Shown: piece by piece, positions 46,376-61,767 of the stretch
Position numbering within the stretch: the stretch's first letter is position 1
How the letters are laid out: every line of letters starts with the position of its first letter
Assembly (NCBI GenBank): GCA_964016885.1
Contig: OZ024746.1
Location: 68,758,001-68,822,000 of the forward strand
Source: Eledone cirrhosa
Lineage: Eukaryota
Reading direction: 5' to 3'
DNA length: 64,000 nucleotides
The notes under the pieces: model-generated
The model's input: only the letters and a program-made list of their open reading frames with translations
The model's database searches: none
What the model was told of the DNA's origin: nothing
Translations under genes and position numbers: made by a program

Positions 46376-46420
46376 AATATTGCTGATGAGATGTAATAAC
46401 ATCGAAACTAGTCCAATATT
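46376..46420 (+). ncRNA. Type I hammerhead ribozyme (second tandem copy)
   Basis: Identical to 45907-45951, 469 bp downstream; cleavage after 46413. Confidence 0.9.
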
Positions 46421-47134
46421 CCTGTCTGGCCCTCTGGAGAATAGAGGAAATGTGTTTCCTTGAAAACTCGTATGACTCTAAAACCCGGTCCGCCTGTGTG
46501 GTTACATACAGACTAGCTGACACTCACTGTAAAGTTTCTAGTGAAAAGCTGAGTACATGTACATATGTATACATGTGTGTATTTATATGCATACTAATAC
46601 TTCCGTATACATATGTAGATGTACACTTTAACTTAATTGTTTAAGCGTCAGTCATACAAAAGTGAGTTAGAAGTGAAACGAAATTTAATTTCGTTTCGTT
46701 ATTTGTTTTTATATATACATACATATACATATACATATACATATATATATATATACATATACATATATATATATATATACATATATATACATATACATAT
46801 ATATATATATATACATATATATACATATACATATATATACATATATATACATATACATATATATATACATATACATATATACATATATATACATATACAT
46901 ATATATACATATATATATATACATATACATATATATACATATATATATATACATATATATACATATATATATATACATATACATATATATATATATATAG
47001 TTAGAGAAGCAAAAAATTGCTTATTGTGATCCAGTTTTTGGTTAAGAAAGCCAGTTTCATGGAAGGTTTCAACGTACTGTTAGGTGTAACTCCACAAGTT
47101 TGTAAGAATTCCGTTCAATCTTGGAATTATAAAG

Positions 47135-47203
47135 TATAAAAGAGAAAACACAGGTAAGGATTAAATCCTTCTCTTAATGCTTACCTGTGTTTTCTCTTTT
47201 ATA
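47135..47203. repeat. 24-bp inverted repeat at the edge of a unique island in (TA)n
   Basis: TATAAAAGAGAAAACACAGGTAAG ... CTTACCTGTGTTTTCTCTTTTATA. Confidence 0.9.
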
Positions 47204-47212
47204 TATATATAC

Positions 47213-47243
<31 letters not shown>

Positions 47244-47274
47244 CATACATATATATATATATACATATACATAC

Positions 47275-47307
<33 letters not shown>

Positions 47308-47926
47308 CATATACATACATATATATATACATACATATATATATACATATATATATACATACATATATATATACATATATATATACATACATATATATAT
47401 ACATATATATATACATACATATATATATATATACATATACATACATATATATATACATACATATATATATATATACATATACATACATATATATATACAT
47501 ACATATATATATATATACATATACATACATATATATATACATATATATATATACAAATACATATACATATACATATATATATATACATACATATACATAT
47601 ATACATACATATACATATATATATATACATATACATACATATACATATACATACATATATATATATACATACATATACATATATACATACATATACATAT
47701 ATATATATACATATACATACATATATACATACATATACATATACATATATATACATATACATACATATACATATATATATACATATACATACATATACAT
47801 ATATACATATACATACATATACATATATATATATATACATATACATATATATATATACACATATACATATATATATATACATATATATATACATAAACAT
47901 ACATATACATATACATACATATACAC

Positions 47927-48726
47927 GTAATAGTAATATACGTGAACGGCAAAGCATAAACGAACTAAGGAAAAAATTAGAAATAAGAGGGATCAGATGT
48001 TGTTTACTCGAGAGAAGGCTACGTTGGTATGGTCACGTGATGCGCATGAAAGACGACAGCTGTATAACAAAGTGCAGGGCAATAAAGATATACGGTAGCC
48101 ACGGAGTAGGCAGACCCAGGAAAACCTGGGACGAGCTGATAAATTCCGACCTCACACACTTACACCTCTCCAAGACAATGTCACTGGACCGAGACCTTTG
48201 GCGGTACTCAGTAACAGAGAAGACCCGCCTTACCTAAATACAAAGTAAAACCTACTAGTCAGTAGGCATCTCTAACAAAATACACCCCCGTCCCACCCCA
48301 TCCACACCGCCCCCTTCAATGCAAAGTTATGTTGGTGCCACAACATCCAGGCCGAAACAAACGAGATCGTGTAGGTGTCACGACAAAAAAACACACAGTC
48401 CACGCTGTAATGTGGCCGTGTAGGCAACACAGTAAAAAACTCCCAGTCCCACACTGTAAATGTGGTTGGTGTTAGGAAGGGCATCCAGCTGTAGAAAACC
48501 CGCCAGACAGTCCACGCTGTAATGTGGCCGTGTAGGCAACACGGTAAAAAACTCCCAGTCCCACACTGTAAATGTGGTTGGTGTTAGGAAGGGCATCCAG
48601 CTGTAGAAAACCCACCAGACAGTCCTATGCGAGCAAGACAATCACTCTTGCCTCAAGTGGGAAAACCCCCGTCCAAACCCATGCAAGCGTGGAACAGGGA
48701 CGTTAAACGATGATGATGATGATGAT
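47927..48726 (+). mobile_element. 5'-truncated RTE LINE copy
   Basis: [25 protein letters not shown]; duplicated ~112-bp 3' UTR unit; (GAT)n tail. Confidence 0.9.
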
Positions 48727-49577
48727 ATACATATATATATACATACATATACATACATACATACATACATACATATACATACATACATACACATACATAC
48801 ATATACATACACACACATACATACACATACATACATACATACATACACATACATACATACATACATACATACACATATACATATATATATATGTATGTGT
48901 GTGTGTGTATGTGCATGTGTGCTTCTTTATATATATATATGTGTGTGTGTGTGCTTATATATAAGTATATATAGGTAAGTATACTAGTTGCCACCATACA
49001 TCCACCCCTGAGCACACTATAATAGTAGATACATTATTTCAGAGAGTTGAAATATATGCATAGTAATCCAACACCATCAACGGACAAATAATTTGTGTAA
49101 GTCGAAGAAACAGCATTAGTGCTGACTTTTCAAAGAATCTCAGCTAACATTGATGGCGAAGAGAATTGAACTTACATCAAGCTTATAGCTGCAAGTCAAT
49201 ACTGCATTGGATGTTGAAAAGATATTTGAACCTAGCCTAACATAAGCTGACAGGTGGAAAAGTTTTACAGATTTGCATGGAGTGGGTAGGAATTGTGGTT
49301 GATACACATTCATTGATTCTGCCCAGTATTGGTAAGAAAGTATTTTATATAAGATCTTCGTAGATTGATATCTGTAGAATCTATAGTGCAATGAGAAGAT
49401 GTGTTTGCCAGCTGGGAGAGTATGTTTACGTGTGTTTCATTGATGCATGTCAGAACAGATTCCAACATTAACTTATAGATCTATATAGAATAGAACACTG
49501 TTCAAGTTTTACATTACTTTAGAAAAGCTCAATAATATAGATGCACACACACACACTCATGTATATAAGTTTACACA

Positions 49578-49615
<38 letters not shown>

Positions 49616-49617
49616 TG

Positions 49618-49653
<36 letters not shown>

Positions 49654-49737
49654 CACATATATGTATCTATATATATATATATATATATATACATACACAT
49701 ATATGCATATATATACATATATATATACATACACATA

Positions 49738-50080
49738 TCATTTTCATCATCATTTCATTTTACGTCCACTTTTCCCTGCTTGCAAGGGTGGGACGGGAAG
49801 TGATTCTGGTTTGATTTCTACAGCTGGATGCCCTTCCTAACACCAACCTCATTTACAGTGAGTGCTGGGTGCTTTTTTGCCGTGGAACCTCCACGACCAC
49901 TTTGCAGTGGAATGATAGGGACCCCAGTCCCTATCATCTCATTTCTACAGCTGAGTAAACTGGAGCAATGTGAAATAAAGTGCCTTGCTCAAGGAAACAA
50001 CACATCACCCAGTCTGAGAATTGAACTCACAACCTTTCGATTGCAAGGCAAATGCTCTAACCACTAAGCCATGTGCCTCC
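49738..50080 (-). mobile_element. Full-length family B SINE
   Basis: Near-identical to 42775-43115. Confidence 0.85.
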
Positions 50081-51270
<1,190 letters not shown>

Positions 51271-54200
51271 AACTTTGATAGGTTTCGGCCAGTATTGGCC
51301 CAGGCCATGTGTAACTTAATAGCACCACCTGGCGAAGTCTTACAAATCAGTGTTTGGGCACCATGGCCGACTCGAGCAGAGAGTTATTGTTTACGGAAGC
51401 ATATCCGGGTGTAGAAGTCTTATCCGGGATTTCTTGAAGGAATTTATCCAAAGACTTCTTGAACTTGATGGGGTCTGTCTCTGCTTTGATGTCTTGGTGT
51501 AATGTTAAAGAATGCAGCGCCAATTTAGGTGAAATAATTGTGCCGTATTGTTGTTATGTGATGCGAGTGGGATTTTTGTCCTGGGCGGATAGCACGGGGC
51601 CCAAGCCTTGGGTGTACACTAAAGATGATGCCAACATCATTTGGGCTAAGCTGATGGAATATTTTCCACATCATACAGATAATGTAGCGCTCACGGCGAC
51701 GTTGAAGAGAATAAAGTTTGAGCTTTTCTAATCGACCCCAATAGTCGAGGCCTGTCATGCCAACTATCTTTTTTGTAATTAACCTTTGGGGTGCTTCAAC
51801 TTTCATGATACTTTGTTTCGTGTGGGCTGACCACAGTGGACAACAGTATTCAAGGTGGGGTCGGGCAAAAGTGGAGAAGAGAAGGACAACAGTGTGGATA
51901 TCTCTCGGCTGGAAAGTTCTGAGAATCCAGGAACACATTCTGCAGGCCATATCAACTTTGGTGTTTATATGAGTGGCCCAGCTTATATTGTTGTCCACAA
52001 TTACTTCCAGGTCTCTGATGTTATTGGAAGCCACCAGAGTTTCACCCGAAGGAAGAGAGTATGGTAGTTTCAGAGCATCCTTTCTTCTAAAGTGGATTAG
52101 TTCAAATTTATCCTTATTCAACAGCATATTATTCATCTCTGCCCATTGGATAACAGCCAGTAGGTCTGACAGAAGGGAAGTCCAGTCACCTACCTCATTG
52201 ATGACCCTTTGGAGCTTGGAATCATCTGTGAAGATTCTGATGTTACTGAGTTTGATGATGTCAGTAATGTCATTAATGTAGATGATGAAAAGAAGTGGGC
52301 CCAACACAGTACCTTGTGGGACGCCACTGCGTACTTTGGCAGGGCTTGATTTTACTCCTTCGACTACAACATGCTGGGTTCTGCCTGTCAGGAAACATTT
52401 GATCCACTGTAGTAACCTTCCAGAGACACCAACATTGGATAGTTTTTTCAGTAGAATCTTATGATCAACCCTGTCGAAGGCCTTGCTGAAATCAAGTTAG
52501 ATGACATCAGTGTTGGAGCTATCTCCCAAGGGTCTCAAAATATCGTCAAAGTGATGCAGGAGCTGCCTTAGGCAGTCCCTTCCATTACGGAACCCATGCT
52601 GGTTGGAGTTCAGCAGGCCGTTGCTTTCAAGAAAGTGGGTTGTACGTGATCTCACCACCCTCTCAAATACCTTGATAATATGAGAGGTGATTGAGATCGG
52701 ACGGTAGTTCACTGCAAGGGACTTATTTCCCTTTTTGAAGACTGGGACAGAAAGTTTTCAGGAATATAGCCAGTGTCCAGTGAGTTCCTCCACAGATTAG
52801 CAAGAGGAGTTGCAAGTTGGTGTCGACACACCTTCAGGACACAAGCAGGTAACCTGTCGGGGCCTAAAGAACACTTTGGGGTTGAGTTTTATTTTCTCAA
52901 TGACCCACCTCTCTTCAGCTATTCTCTGGTTATTGATGATGGTCATCATGCATTGATGGAGATTATATTTTTTTGACTCAAGCAGGGTGATAGCCATTGA
53001 ATGTGTGTGTTGCTGTTGGCAGTATTTTAGTGTGTTCATTTTTTTATTTGTTCTTTTTATTTTTCTGATAATTGTTTTTCTGTTTTGTGGGATACTGCAC
53101 TTGGTTTTTTTCACAGGTTTTGGTGGGGTGTGTTTTGTACATATATTTGTGACAGTGTCTACAAAGATCTGCCAAGATGTTTTGATGTTGGTGGAAGTGT
53201 GTGCCTGTGTAAAAGACCAGTCAACATGTGATAGTTTGTTCATAATTGCATCCCAGTTGGCATTGTAGAGATCCATGTTATCAAATGGGTGGGCTGGAGA
53301 GAGGACCCTGGGATTAGCTTTCGGCTGGTGGAATCTCAGGTTACAAAGAACCATGTCATGGTCTGAGAGAAGGGTTTTTTCCACTGTAATATTATGTATA
53401 TTGTTAGTGTGGTTACTAAACACTAGATCCAGAATGTTCTTCTGATGCCTCGTTGGTGCAAGGACAAGTTGTGACAAGAAAAACTCATTCATGAAGTCAA
53501 GAAGTGACTCGACAGCCTCTTTGTCAGTGGTTGAGGCTGTGGAGCCTGGTTTCAAACTACATGTAGACCAATCGACACAGGGTAGATTAAAGTCTCCCAT
53601 CAAAAGTATGTTGCTAGAATGGCACTGTTTGATAAAGCATTTAATACTGTTGAGGCATTCTTTAAAACAGATTATGGGTGTTTGTGGCGGCCTATAGAGC
53701 CCAACTAATGTCAGGTCATTGGCTTTATTGTGTACAGTGACTCATTCACAGTATCCATTAGAGAATGTTGTGTTGCCATCTGCCGTAAAAGAATCATGCA
53801 GGAAAATGGCAGTTCCACCCTTCCTTCTGCCAACACGATCCGCACGAATGGTTGTGAAATTTCTCGCTCTTACTTCGGCCTCCAAGTGGGAGTTGTCAAG
53901 GTGGGTCTCAGTAAGAATGAAGAAGGGGATGTGAAATGGATGGTTACCAACCAAATCCTCAATGAATTGGATCTTCCATTTCTGTGCATTGATGGATGGG
54001 CTGATACCTTGTATATTGAGTAAGAATGTGGAGGCTAGTGTGGTCGCTGGTTTTGTGATTGTGTGTTAGTAACAGCAAGGTTGGTGTTGGGTGATGGCTA
54101 AAATGTTTTTCTCCATCTCTTTTGCCAGGTTCAAAAAAGAAAGATTTTTTTTTTGTTCAGGGAGCAGTTTTTGATTAGATTTGTGGTTACAACATTGGAT

Positions 54201-55350
54201 AGGGTTGCAGTTCCCTCTTTTGTTGTTGTTGTTGTTGTAATTGTGTCTTTGTGAAAAGACTGGAGCAGCGTTATTTTTGTTGTTGTATTTGTTGTTGTTG
54301 TGATCGTGTCTTTGTGACAAGACTGGAGCAGCATTACTTTTGTTGTTGTAATCATGTCTTTGTGAGGAGACTGGAGCAGCATTACCGCAGCAGGGGGTGG
54401 CTTTATTGTGGTTTGTGGGTTGGCATGAAGCCCCTTTTCTGTTTGTGCGTTGTGTCCCAGGAAGATGAGTGAAGGGACAGTCAGTCAGCAGACATAACCT
54501 CTCACGTTGGGAATGATGGCAGATTTGGGGACTGCGACCTATATGTGCAGGCAGCATGCTTTGGTGATGGCTGGCAGTGTTAGTGCGCCTAGTACCCGGT
54601 AAATGGGTAAATATACAGTCGCTACGTGTGCATAGCCTCTGACGTAGTGAGTAACGGCATATTTGGGGGTTTCTAGTATGTGTAGTGGGGGGTGCATACA
54701 GCTCCATAGAACTTTTTTTTTTATAGTTCTTTTGACTATGGCATGGCTGTGGTGGTGATGTGGGGGAAGAAAGCATTGGTGGTGATGATGATGATGACAA
54801 CTATGGTGGGAGAGAGAGCAGTGGTCCATTACTAGCAGTTGGTGTGGCAGAGGGTGTAGGTGTGGCAGAGAGTGTAGGTGTGGCAGAGGGTGTAGGTGTG
54901 GCAGAGAGTGTAGGTGTGGCAGAGGGTGTAGGTGTGGCAGGAGATGGTGACGGTGGTGATGGTGATGGCGATAATGATGGCTGAGTGAGTGGCTGAGTGA
55001 TACTGTCCTTTAGTAGTTCAGCAATTATGCTTGAATTCAGTAATGGTTGGTCCTGGCTTTCTGGCTGTTGTTGTTGTTGTTGTGTTTGTCCATTAGAGTA
55101 AATATGTCGAAGTTTTTCAAAATGGTTTTGAATTAGTTTGAAAGAGACTTCGACATGTTTTAGTTCGTTGTGTATCTGCTTAGCAGATCTCATCGTAAAT
55201 GTTTGGGCTGTTTTTTCAGCAATTTCATTTAGACATGACGCGTTAATGTTTGATGTTTGTGACAGAGAAAACCATGTGTTTATTAAGAGGTCAATTTCAT
55301 TTTCAGACCGACTTCGTCCGTTGTGGGCTTGCTGGTCAGTAGTCATATTT
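51271..55350 (-). mobile_element. CR1-group LINE (ORF1 + APE-RT ORF2), disabled, with an apparent internal deletion
   Basis: APE motifs LTETHLD, GLYRPP, GDFNLP, LDLVF, SDHD; RT motifs NYRPISITS, QHGFR, DFSKAFD, GVPQGTVLGPLLF, FTDD; C-terminal RPHLEYCCPLW and SLQRRRERY; short linker near 52.75-52.86 kb. Confidence 0.9.
54066..55346 (-). pseudogene. LINE ORF1 with P/S/T-rich repeats and two CCCH-like zinc fingers; one in-frame TAG at 54801-54803
   Basis: ORFs 54801-55478 and 54066-54800 are in frame; CRYSLRQRLCTRSDCIFTH and CHHSQRERLCLLTDCPFTH; 18-bp SATPT[P/L] repeats at 54841-54940. Confidence 0.7.
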
Positions 55351-55479
55351 TTTTTTTTTTCAATTATTATTATATATATACACACATACATATATATATA
55401 CAACAACAACAACAACAACAACATACATATATATATACACACACAGGCGCACACATAAAGATATCTATACACACACACG

Positions 55480-55690
55480 ATAGCAACTAACAGCGCTGCG
55501 ATCGAATGTGGCTTTTTAGCCCAGCCAATGATCTAAAATGTCTTGCACAGAGTCGGCAACCAAAACATTCACTGGGAATAGTCGGCTGTGGTTGGAGTTC
55601 ATGTACTTTTGCATGTCGCTTGAGCCCTCCTGCTGATTTACATTCTCTAGCACATGTTTGGCAAGCATGATGAGTAGCATCTCCAACACA
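55480..55690 (-). pseudogene. LINE ORF2 C-terminal double C2H2-like finger fragment (RTE-type)
   Basis: [40 protein letters not shown] followed by a stop; embedded in microsatellite. Confidence 0.6.
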
Positions 55691-55746
55691 TATATATGTA
55701 TAAATATATATATATATATACATACACATATATATATATGGGTATG

Positions 55747-55777
<31 letters not shown>

Positions 55778-55788
55778 GTGTATGTATA

Positions 55789-55819
<31 letters not shown>

Positions 55820-55830
55820 GTGTATGTATA

Positions 55831-55861
<31 letters not shown>

Positions 55862-55911
55862 GTGTATGTATATATATATATATACATATATATATATGTG
55901 TATGTATATAT

Positions 55912-56198
55912 AGAGGGATCAGATGTTGTTTACTCGAGAGAAGGCTACGTTGGTATGGTCACGTGATGCGCATGAAAGACCGCAGCTGTATAACAAAGTG
56001 CAGGGCAATAAAGATGGACGGTAGCCACGGAATAGGCAAACCCAGAAAAACCTGGGACGAGCTGATAAATTCCGACCTCACACGCTTACACCTCTCCAAG
56101 ACAATGTCACTGGACCGAGACCTTTGGCGGTACTCAGTAACAGAGAAGACCCGCCTTACCTAAATACAAAGTAAAACCTACTACAGTCAGTAGGCATC
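55912..56198 (+). mobile_element. RTE fragment truncated at both ends
   Basis: [26 protein letters not shown]; lacks the 3' tail. Confidence 0.85.
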
Positions 56199-56261
56199 AT
56201 ATATACATACATATATACATACATATATATATATACATACATATATATATATACATACATA

Positions 56262-56302
<41 letters not shown>

Positions 56303-56313
56303 ACATACATATA

Positions 56314-56354
<41 letters not shown>

Positions 56355-56431
56355 ACATACATATATATATATATACATACATATATACATACATATACAT
56401 ACATATATACATACATATATATATATACATA

Positions 56432-56467
<36 letters not shown>

Positions 56468-56500
56468 CATACATATATACATACATATATACATATATAT

Positions 56501-56531
<31 letters not shown>

Positions 56532-56726
56532 CACATACATACATACATATATATATATACATATATATATATAGATACATATATATATATATATATACAT
56601 ACATACATATATACATACATATACATACATATATATATATATATATACATACATACATATATATATATATATACATACATATATATATACATACATATAT
56701 ATATATATACATACATATATATATAC

Positions 56727-56757
<31 letters not shown>

Positions 56758-57549
56758 CATACATACATATATATATACATACATACATACATACATATAT
56801 ATATATACATACATATATACATACATATATACATACATACATATATATATATACATACATATATACATACATATATACATACATAAATATATATATATAT
56901 ACATACATATATACATACATACATATATATATATACATACATATATACATACATACATATATATATATACATACATATATACATACATATATATATATAC
57001 ATACATATATATATATATATACATACATATATATATATATATATACATACATATATATATATATATATACATACATATATATATATATATATACATACAT
57101 ATATATATATATATATACATACATATATATATATATATATATACATACATATATATATATATATACATACATATATATATATATATACATACATATATAT
57201 ATATATATACATACATATATATATATATATATACATACATATATATATATATATACATACATATATATATATATATACATACATATATATATATACATAC
57301 ATACATACATATATATATATACATACATACATACATATATATATATACATACATATATACATACATATATTTATATATACATACATATATACATACATAT
57401 ATTTATATATACATACATATATACATACATATATTTATATATACATACATATATACATACATATATTTATATATACATACATATATACATACATATATAT
57501 ATATATACATACATATATATCTATATACATACATATATATATACATACA

Positions 57550-57595
<46 letters not shown>

Positions 57596-57606
57596 CATAT
57601 ATATAC

Positions 57607-57645
<39 letters not shown>

Positions 57646-57656
57646 CATATATATAC

Positions 57657-57749
<93 letters not shown>

Positions 57750-57790
57750 CACATACATATATATATACACATACATATACATATATATAC

Positions 57791-57821
<31 letters not shown>

Positions 57822-57890
57822 CATATATATACATATATATACATACATATATATACATATATATACATACATATATATACATATATATAC

Positions 57891-57938
<48 letters not shown>

Positions 57939-57958
57939 ACATACATATATATATATAC

Positions 57959-58020
<62 letters not shown>

Positions 58021-58109
58021 ATATTCATATATATATATATATTCATACATATATATATATACATTCATACATATATATATATACATACATATATATATAT
58101 ACATACATA

Positions 58110-58164
<55 letters not shown>

Positions 58165-58305
58165 ACATACATATATATATATACATACATATATATATAT
58201 ACATACATATATATATATACATACATACATATACATACATACATATATATACATACATACATTTTTATATATGTATATATATGTATATATATATGTATAT
58301 ATATG

Positions 58306-58378
<73 letters not shown>

Positions 58379-58682
58379 GTATATATATGTATATATATAT
58401 ATATGTATGTATGCATATATATGTATGTATGCATACATACATACATACATATATACATACATACATACATATATACATACATACATATATACATACATAC
58501 ATATATATATACATACATACATATATATATACATACATACATATATATATACATACATATATATATACATACATACATATATATATACATACATATATAT
58601 ATACATACATACATATATATATATATACATACATATATATATATATACATACATATATATATACATACATATATATATATAC

Positions 58683-58713
<31 letters not shown>

Positions 58714-59044
58714 CATACATACATATATATATACATATATATATATATATACATACATACATACATATATACATACATACATATATACATATATATATAT
58801 ACACATACATATATATATACACATACATATATATATACACATACATATATATATACATACATACATATATATATACATACATACATATATATATACATAC
58901 ATACATATATATATACATACATATATATATACATACATATATATATACATACATATATATATATACACATACATATATATATACATACATATATATATAT
59001 ACACATACATATATATATACATACATATATATATATACACATAC

Positions 59045-59083
<39 letters not shown>

Positions 59084-59968
59084 CATACACATACATATAT
59101 ATATATACACATACATATATATATATACACACACATACGTATATATATATACATATATATATATATACACATACATATATATATACACATACATATATAT
59201 ATATATACATACACATATATATACACATATATATACATACACATATACATACACATACACATATATACATACACATACATATATATATATATACACATAC
59301 ATATATATATACATACACATACATATATATACATACACATATATATATACATACACATATATATATACATACACATATATATATATACATACACATATAT
59401 ATATATACATACACATATATATATATACATACACGTATATATATACATACACGTATATATATACATACACATGTATATATATATACATACACATGTATAT
59501 ATATACATACACATGTATATATATATACATACACATGTATATATATACATACACATGTATATATATATACATACACATGTATATATATACATACACATGT
59601 ATATATATACATACACATGTATATATATACATACACATATATATATATATACATACACATATATATATATATACATACACATATATACATACACATGTAT
59701 ATATATACATACATATATATATATACATACACATATATACATACACATGTATATATATACATACACATGTATATATATACATACACATGTATATATATAC
59801 ATACACATGTATATATATACATACACATGTGTATATATATATATATATATACATACATACATATATACATACACACATACATACACATATATATATATAT
59901 ACATACACATGTATATATATACATACACATGTATATATATACATACACATGTATATATATACATACAC

Positions 59969-59999
<31 letters not shown>

Positions 60000-60118
60000 C
60001 ATACATACAGATATATACATACACACATACATACACATATATATATACATACACATATAATATATATACATACACATATACATATATATATGCATATTAT
60101 ATATAAATATATATATAT
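56199..60118. repeat. ~3.9-kb (TA)n/(TACA)n microsatellite with an inverted-polarity block at ~58262-58432
   Basis: Direct inspection. Confidence 0.95.
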
Positions 60119-60651
60119 CAATGAAGGTTGGAAGATCACTGATGAAGAACTAATTTTATTCATATGTAACCCATGTGCAACCACACAGCGCTCCATTTTT
60201 CTCATATTTATATTTTTTTCCTCAGCTGCGATTGTCTGTTTCTTTCTTACTCTCTCTCCTCTTTTTACCCCCTCTGCCAGTCACACTCTCTCTCTGCTGG
60301 TCTCTTCCTCACACTTCCACTCACTCACTCTCTGCTTCTCCCCCTCTCTCAATACGTCCCGTTTGACCTGTGTGAAATCCTCTTCTCGCTCACATCTCAC
60401 CCATGTCGGATGGTCTGTATCGCTCGCCCATGAATTCACCAAGCTTAAGCTTACAGATTTCATGTGCTTGTCTCCTATCTTTCCGTTGCCATACCATCGT
60501 TGTTTGTTTACATGTCTCGCTCGTTTCACCCTATTTTACTTGTTCCAATAACTTTATTTGTTATTGCTCGCGCCAACTAGAAGTATATGATTTTTAAAGC
60601 GATGAAATACCAATGAAAGTTGGAACATCACTGATGAAGGACTAATTTTAT

Positions 60652-60686
<35 letters not shown>

Positions 60687-61019
60687 CATAATGTAACAGT
60701 GTCTATAGTTGAGGGATGGACCAGTGTCTATAGTTGAGGTATGGTTTAATGTCCACCATGCAGCAGTATGTCACCCCTTAACTTCATCGGAAGTTAAGGG
60801 TATTTACATTTGTGGCATGTGGACATAACAAATGAAGACTCTCCATCAAACTCTAACATTAACATGGAACCATGGGTATATATGATAGTTTCTAACTTAG
60901 GCACAAGGCCAACAACTTTTAGCGAAGGAGAAAGTTGATTAAATCAACCCCAGTACATTACTGGTACTTTATTTTATCAACCCTGTGAGGATGAAAAGCA
61001 AAGTTAACCTTGGCAGGAT

Positions 61020-61380
61020 ATTATTAACAAAATTAATAACCATCTTGCCAACAACAACCCTGAGCACCTTTTTGAATTCCATGTGTCTAACACACGTGGG
61101 CATGCCTACAAAGTCAGAAAACAGCACAGCTCCCATGACTTTTGGAAACATTTTTTCATGGTCGGAGTTGCTGAAGCATGGAACAAACTACCTGCATCAG
61201 TTGTTAGCTGTCGAGACACTGCATCCTTTAAAACTTCCATGCTTCCTGAAATTCGCCAACATTACACCAGATATTCCCCCTCCATACACATGCACATATG
61301 TATATCATGACTCATACTGTCTTTACGCACTTTTGATGAGTTGTAGTGCACCTGAGCACTGTACAAAATAGTTTCATTAT
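61020..61380 (+). mobile_element. CR1/L2-type LINE 3' fragment
   Basis: SNTRGHAYKVRKQ..HFF..VAEAWNKLPASVV..ASFK. Confidence 0.8.
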
Positions 61381-61767
61381 TGGTGAATTGGCAGTATCGG
61401 TAGAGGGTTGGACGCCATGCTTTCTAGCATAGTTACGGCCCTTGCCATTCTGAGTTCAAATCCCGCCGAGGTTAAGTTTGTCTTTCATCCTTACGGGGGT
61501 CGATAAAATAAAGTACCAGTAATGCACTGGGATAATTGCTGGCCTTGTGCCTAAAGTAAAAACAATTATTATATGGTGGATTGGCAGTATCGGTAGAGGG
61601 TCGGATGCCATGCTTTGACACATAGAGTTATAGCCCTTACCATTCTGAGTTCAAATCCCGCCGAGGTTAACTTTGCCTTTCATTCTTACGGGGTCGATAA
61701 AATAAAGTACCAGTAATGCACTGGGTATTTGCTGGCCATGTGCCAAAAAGTAGAAACAATTATTATA
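61381..61767 (+). mobile_element. Two head-to-tail full family A SINEs
   Basis: 61381-61571 and 61574-61767, each with A/B boxes, core and ATT tail. Confidence 0.85.

Larger units (their letters stand above)
45108..46712. mobile_element. 469-bp hammerhead-containing tandem/inverted repeat (candidate non-LTR retrozyme or PLE-derived element)
   Basis: One inverted unit (45108-45580) plus ~2.4 direct units (45581-46712); period 469; only a few substitutions between copies; bounded by (TA)n/(TACA)n. Confidence 0.85.

Noticed and set aside
51272-51306. GGCCA..TGGCC-GAAAC on the minus strand, like a half hammerhead
   Set aside because: No CUGANGA; better explained as the CR1-group LINE 3' stem-loop
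55487-55765. Host C2H2 zinc-finger gene
   Set aside because: Lacks TGEKP linkers and splice context; matches LINE ORF2 C-terminal fingers within microsatellite
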